A DNA stretch of 64,000 nucleotides from Myxococcota bacterium (GTDB taxonomy: Bacteria; Myxococcota_A; UBA9160; UBA6930), in assembly GCA_965223415.1 (NCBI GenBank), contig OZ245002.1:5376001-5440000 (forward strand), in the 5' to 3' direction. The notes under the pieces are model-generated. The model was not told the origin of the DNA. It saw nothing but the letters and a program-made list of their open reading frames with translations, and searched no databases. Made by a program: the position numbers and the translations under genes. Position 1 is the stretch's first letter. Each line of letters begins with the position of its first letter. Below are positions 59,567 through 64,000 of this stretch, piece by piece.

Positions 59567-59800
59567 TGTATCTACTCCACTCACCCGGATCTGGTTCAAT
59601 AGGGTCAGAACGGGTTTCGGGGGAGGGTCGCCGTCCCGACCCAGAGGCATGGTCCTCGTACCTGAGAGAGGCGCCCTCGCCCGATCTCGCAAGCTCGAAC
59701 GGTATCCCGAGGCAGCGGTCTGCCGCTCGTCCTCGCATGCACAAGGAAGAGCACCGAGGTCGGCACCGAGGCTCCCGACGCTCCCGTTCGAGGAGGAAGA
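59567..59800 (+). ncRNA. Predicted IS110 bridge RNA (ends approximate)
   Basis: Segments matching target (59635-42, 59660-66) and donor junction (59699-706, 59741-45) within stem-bounded loops. Confidence 0.75.
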
Positions 59801-59805
59801 AGGGG

Positions 59806-60981
59806 ATGCGCTTCGTTGGGATCGACATCGCCTCGGAAACGCACGTCGTCGCGATGGTGGGAGAAGACGGGGGCGTGCTGCTGAAGCCGGTCTCGTTCCG
59901 GGAGGAGGCGGCTGGCTACGCACTGCTGTGGGAGAAGCTGGGAGGCCCCGAGGACACGCTCGTAACGCTCGAGGCAACGGGGCACTACTGGAAGAACCTG
60001 TTCGCGGCGCTTGCGGCGAGGGGTTTTGCCGTGGCGTTGATCAACCCGCTGCGCAGTCGCCGGTTCGCACAAGAAGACTTGGAGCGGACGAAGACCGACG
60101 CAATCGATGCGCTCGGCCTGGCTCGCTTCGGAGCACAGAAGCGTCCGAGGGTGACTCGCCTTCCGGACGCGGCGACAGAAGAGCTTCGTGAGCTCGTCCG
60201 GCTCCGCGATCGTCTGGTTCAGGACTTCGGGGACTGCACCCGGCGGCTCCACCGCATGGTCGATCTGGGCTTCCCAGAGCTCAAACGGTACGTGAAGCAC
60301 CTCGATAGCCAGCTGTCGACGGGGCTGCTGCGGGAGTACCCCACGGCAAGAGCCTTCCAGGAAGCCTCTGTGGGGCGCGTGGCAAAGCTTCGCTACGACG
60401 GTCGTCATCGTGTAGGCGATGCGCTCGCGAAGCAGCTCGTCGAGGCTGCGCAGAACTCGGTGGGCGCCCATCATGGCCCGGCCTACCAGGTGCAGGTGCG
60501 TTACCTGTGCGAAGACATGGACGTCTTGCGCAAGAGACTCGGCGACATCGACCGCGACATCGCGGATCAGCTATCCGCGCACGAGGTCGGAAGCTTGCTG
60601 ACGACGATCGATGGGATCGGGCCGACGACGGCAGCACGGCTCATCGCGGAGCTCGGTGACCCGGCCGACTTCGCCACGGCCGCAGCCCTCGCCGCCTACG
60701 TGGGCGTCGTTCCAGGCCTAAAGCAGTCGGGCAAGCGCCAAGGCAAACGCGGGAACCTCTCGCCAATCGGTCACGCGCGGCTACGTCGCGCACTGTGGAT
60801 GCCGACGTTGGTCGCCGTTCGGAAGAACCCCTGGGTGCGGGCCCACTACGAGCGGCTGCGCGACAACGGCAAGCCCGCAAAGGTCGCGCTGATCGCCTCG
60901 ACGAGGAAGCTGCTCATCGCGGTTCACGTCGTGGCGAGGACCCGCAAGCCCTTCGTTCCACAGCTAGAGACCAACCCATGA
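59806..60981 (+). CDS. IS110 recombinase (DEDD)
   Basis: VGIDIA, LEATG, KTDAIDA, GIG, QSG. Confidence 0.95.
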   Translation: MRFVGIDIASETHVVAMVGEDGGVLLKPVSFREEAAGYALLWEKLGGPEDTLVTLEATGHYWKNLFAALAARGFAVALINPLRSRRFAQEDLERTKTDAIDALGLARFGAQKRPRVTRLPDAATEELRELVRLRDRLVQDFGDCTRRLHRMVDLGFPELKRYVKHLDSQLSTGLLREYPTARAFQEASVGRVAKLRYDGRHRVGDALAKQLVEAAQNSVGAHHGPAYQVQVRYLCEDMDVLRKRLGDIDRDIADQLSAHEVGSLLTTIDGIGPTTAARLIAELGDPADFATAAALAAYVGVVPGLKQSGKRQGKRGNLSPIGHARLRRALWMPTLVAVRKNPWVRAHYERLRDNGKPAKVALIASTRKLLIAVHVVARTRKPFVPQLETNP

Positions 60982-61026
60982 ACCGAGAAAACCGGGCCCA
61001 GCCCCTTGCTGAAGATCACGGTATCT

Positions 61027-61172
61027 CAGGTTCGAAGCCTGGTCCAAGAAGAAGAAGTGACGCGGGGTTACGTCTCGTTGCAGTGCAGGGGGGTGCAATA
61101 GGGTGCAGGAAGGTGTCGTTTCGACGGCACCGAGTCGCGGGACGGCACTATACGGCGCCTCTCTAGAGAGTC
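61027..61172 (-). repeat. Remainder of the tRNA-Arg site plus GGGTGCA flank
   Basis: CAGGTTCGAAGCCTGGTCCA...; near copy of 46711-46860. Confidence 0.85.
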
Positions 61173-61179
61173 TCCTCGC

Positions 61180-62442
61180 CTAAGAACTCTCGAGCACGAC
61201 CGGCAGCGATTCGAGCCCCAGCACGAAGCTGCCGCGGCGCATGTCCAGCGGGGCGTCCGGTTCCGCGAGCGCGATGTCCGGGAGCCGGTCGAGCAGTTCG
61301 TCGAAGAGGACGCGCAGTTCGAGGCGGGCCAGCTGTGCGCCAAGGCAGTGGTGCCGCCCGTAGCCGCCGAAGGCCATGTGCAGGTTCGGCGACCGGCGGA
61401 TGTCGAAGCGGTAGGGGTCCTCGAAGACGTCCTCGTCGCGATTGCCCGACGGGTAGAGCAGCAGCAGCTTCTCTCCGTTCCGGATCTGCTGGCCCCCGAA
61501 CTCGACGTCGCGCGTCGCCGTGCGGGACATGTTCTTGACCGGCGTGACCCAGCGGAGCATCTCCTCGATGGCTCCCTTCAGGAGCGAGCGGTCGGTGCGC
61601 AGTGCTTCCCACTGGTCGCGGTGGCGCATCAGCGCCTCGAAGCCGCCGGACATCACGTGCCGCGTCGTCTCGTCGCCTCCGACCAGGATGAGCATCGCCT
61701 CGGAGATCACGTCGTCGAGCGAGAGCTGCTGGCCCTCGAAGTCTGCATTGACGACGAGGCTGATCAGATCCTCGCCCTCGTTCCCCTGACGCCCCGTGAC
61801 GATCGGATGCATGTACCGGTTGTACTCGCCTACGGCCGCGAGGAGTCCGTCGACGTCGTCGAAGTTCCCGGCGGCGAAGATGTCCGACCAGTAGAGAAGC
61901 TTGGCATGGTCTTCTTCCGGGAGCCCCATCAGCGCACCGATCATGTACATCGGGAGCGGTGTCGCGAGGTCCCGGACGAAGTCGCCGGAGCCGCGCTCGA
62001 CAAGGGCGTCGATCAACTGGGTGACCTTCTCTCGCAGGTACGGCTCGTGCGCTTCGACGCGCCTCGGCGTGAATCCGGCACTGACGATGCCGCGACGCAG
62101 ATTGTGTTCGGGCGGGTCGCAGTTGATCATCTGCGGGGCCCGTCCCTGGGGACGCGAACCCTCGCCCGAGCAGAAAGTGTCGTGGTCCCGGGCCACCTCC
62201 ATGATGTCTTCGTAGCGGGCGATCCCCCAGATCCCCGAATGGTCGTCCCAGTAGACGGGTGCCTCCCTTCGCATCCATTCGTAGTGAGGCCCCGGGTCGG
62301 CATGGAAGTCGGGATGCAGGAGACGGATCTCCGGACGGGTGGGGTGCTCGGGGGTTCGCGTCCCGGCACTCGCCAGGACCCCCGACTTCAGCCTCTCGAC
62401 CTGCTTCTCGCTGAGCAGGGGGCGATCCGGCGTTTCTGCCAT
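61180..62442 (-). CDS. Cytochrome P450 (CYP142/CYP125-like)
   Basis: GGDETT, EEMLR, FGGYGRHHCLG. Confidence 0.95.
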   Translation of the reverse strand: MAETPDRPLLSEKQVERLKSGVLASAGTRTPEHPTRPEIRLLHPDFHADPGPHYEWMRREAPVYWDDHSGIWGIARYEDIMEVARDHDTFCSGEGSRPQGRAPQMINCDPPEHNLRRGIVSAGFTPRRVEAHEPYLREKVTQLIDALVERGSGDFVRDLATPLPMYMIGALMGLPEEDHAKLLYWSDIFAAGNFDDVDGLLAAVGEYNRYMHPIVTGRQGNEGEDLISLVVNADFEGQQLSLDDVISEAMLILVGGDETTRHVMSGGFEALMRHRDQWEALRTDRSLLKGAIEEMLRWVTPVKNMSRTATRDVEFGGQQIRNGEKLLLLYPSGNRDEDVFEDPYRFDIRRSPNLHMAFGGYGRHHCLGAQLARLELRVLFDELLDRLPDIALAEPDAPLDMRRGSFVLGLESLPVVLESS

Positions 62443-62550
62443 CAGGCTTCTCCTCGCTGGGTCACGGCCAACGGTAGTGCCTTAGAAGAATAATTTACAG
62501 AATTTATTCCCGAATATGATAGTGTCGACCTCATACCAGGAGGCGCAGGT

Positions 62551-63774
62551 ATGGATCACTTCTCGATCTTCGATGCAGACAACCACTACTACGAAACCAC
62601 CGATGCGTTCACGCGGTTCTTGCCGAAGCGCTACGACGGTCTCATCAAGTACGTCGAGGTGGACGGTCGCACGAAGCTCGCCATCCGGAACGTGATCTCG
62701 GAATACATCCCGAACCCGACCTTCAACGTCGTCGCTCCCCCCGGACGCTTCGAGATCGCCTACCGGCTGAAGAACCCCGACTCCAAGACCGCACCCGGCG
62801 AGACGCAGGAGTTGCCGCCCCGCTACGAGAAGTCCATTCCCGCCTACTTCGAGCCCGAGCCTCGAATCAAGCTGATGGACGAGCTGGGTGTCGACCGGAC
62901 CTTGTTGTGGCCGACCCTGGCGACGTTGATCGAAGAACGCCTCGCCGACGATCCGGTGACGACGCACGACGTCGTCCATGCGTTCAACCGCTGGCTGCAC
63001 GATCAATGGTCGTTCGGCTTCGAGGACCGCATCTTCGCGGCACCGCTCATCACGCTGCCGATCGTGGACAAGGCGATCGAGGAACTCGAGTGGGCCCTCG
63101 AACACGGCGCGAGAGTGATCCTCGTGCGCCCCGCCCCGGTCCCGGACTTCAACGGCCGTCGTCGGTCGTTCGCGCTACCCGAGTTCGACCCCTTCTGGGC
63201 ACGGGTCGAAGAGGCCGGTGTGTTGGTGGGCATGCACGGCGGTGACACCGGGTTCCAGCGCTACCTGAACGACTACGAAGGACACACCGGCGAATTCCTG
63301 CCGTTCGATGCTGGGATCTCGGGTTTCACGAAGCTGGTGAACGCCGAATCTCGGCCCATCGTGGACGTGATCAGCTCGATCGTGGGCCACGGCCTGCTCG
63401 CACGATTCCCGAAACTGCGGATGCTCCCGATCGAGACCGGGTCGGCGTGGGTGCTGCCCCTGCTCGCGAAGTTCAAGAAGGTCTATGGCCGTTCGTCGGC
63501 CGCGTTCGCCGAGGATCCGATGGAGGGCTTCGAGCGCTGCATCTGGATCCACCCGTTCCATGAAGAGGACACCGTGAACCTCGCCAGGGAGATCGGCCCG
63601 CACAAGGTGACCTTCGGTTCCGACTACCCGCACCCCGAAGGCCTCGACAAGCCGAGGGCCTTCGTCCATGAGCTCGACGGCCTAGAAGAAGCGGACCAGC
63701 GGAAGATCATGGGCGGCAACCTCGCCGCTCTCATGAACGCGACCGCCCAGGGGCACGACCCCAGGGAGGCGTGA
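62551..63774 (+). CDS. Amidohydrolase family protein
   Basis: DADNHYYE, FGSDYPHPEG. Confidence 0.9.
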   Translation: MDHFSIFDADNHYYETTDAFTRFLPKRYDGLIKYVEVDGRTKLAIRNVISEYIPNPTFNVVAPPGRFEIAYRLKNPDSKTAPGETQELPPRYEKSIPAYFEPEPRIKLMDELGVDRTLLWPTLATLIEERLADDPVTTHDVVHAFNRWLHDQWSFGFEDRIFAAPLITLPIVDKAIEELEWALEHGARVILVRPAPVPDFNGRRRSFALPEFDPFWARVEEAGVLVGMHGGDTGFQRYLNDYEGHTGEFLPFDAGISGFTKLVNAESRPIVDVISSIVGHGLLARFPKLRMLPIETGSAWVLPLLAKFKKVYGRSSAAFAEDPMEGFERCIWIHPFHEEDTVNLAREIGPHKVTFGSDYPHPEGLDKPRAFVHELDGLEEADQRKIMGGNLAALMNATAQGHDPREA

Positions 63775-64000
63775 TGGACCTGACCTACGGAGAGGAATAC
63801 GACGTCTTCCGCGAGGAGGTGCGCGCGTTCCTGGGCCGGCATTGGCCGCCTTCCGGGAGCGGCGAGCGACCGACGGCCGACGAGGTCGCGGCGTTTCGCG
63901 ACCTCGCAACCGAACACGGCTTCCTGCGCCGCTCGATCCCGCGCCGCTACGGCGGGTCCGAGCAGCCGCCCGACGTCATCGAAGGCGCGATTCTGCGTGA
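63774..64000 (+). CDS. Acyl-CoA dehydrogenase, N-terminus (runs off window)
   Basis: MDLTY.EE...FREEVRAFL, P.RYGG. Confidence 0.8.
   Translation, partial: MDLTYGEEYDVFREEVRAFLGRHWPPSGSGERPTADEVAAFRDLATEHGFLRRSIPRRYGGSEQPPDVIEGAILR

Larger units (their letters stand above)
59565..61026 (+). mobile_element. IS110 family element inserted in a tRNA-Arg-derived site
   Basis: No terminal IR; CT core at 59565-66 and 61025-26; empty site CCCGACC-CT-CAGGTTCGAAGCC. Confidence 0.9.

Noticed and set aside
4725..61172. Classical integron or prophage
   Set aside because: No intI, no recognisable attC inverse-core structure and no phage structural genes were seen.

Overview
High-GC bacterial DNA. The gene content (DUF3604, many SDRs, a PEP-CTERM-like tail, lipid and steroid catabolism) suggests Myxococcota or a related deltaproteobacterial lineage, which is an inference. 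About 4.7-61.2 kb is a heavily remodelled genomic island. It holds three IS21 types (six copies), an IS3-like element, IS481 (two copies plus two halves of a relative), IS5 and IS110, with lipid/steroid-catabolic cargo between them. The main unexplained structure is a co-oriented array of tRNA-derived sites. Six tRNA-Asp 3' fragments each carry a tandem arm-like direct repeat and lie next to a type II toxin-antitoxin (TA) pair or TA-like pair. About eight tRNA-Arg(TCG) fragments include several that close those TA modules on the other side. The flanks of these cores occur in shuffled combinations, and no integrase or intact tRNA is visible in the window. This suggests an integron-like cassette system built on tRNA att sites and mobilised in trans. 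An IS110 sits in one Arg site, and its non-coding end contains readable bridge-RNA guides matching both that target and its own donor junction. All coordinates were read by eye and no searches were run.
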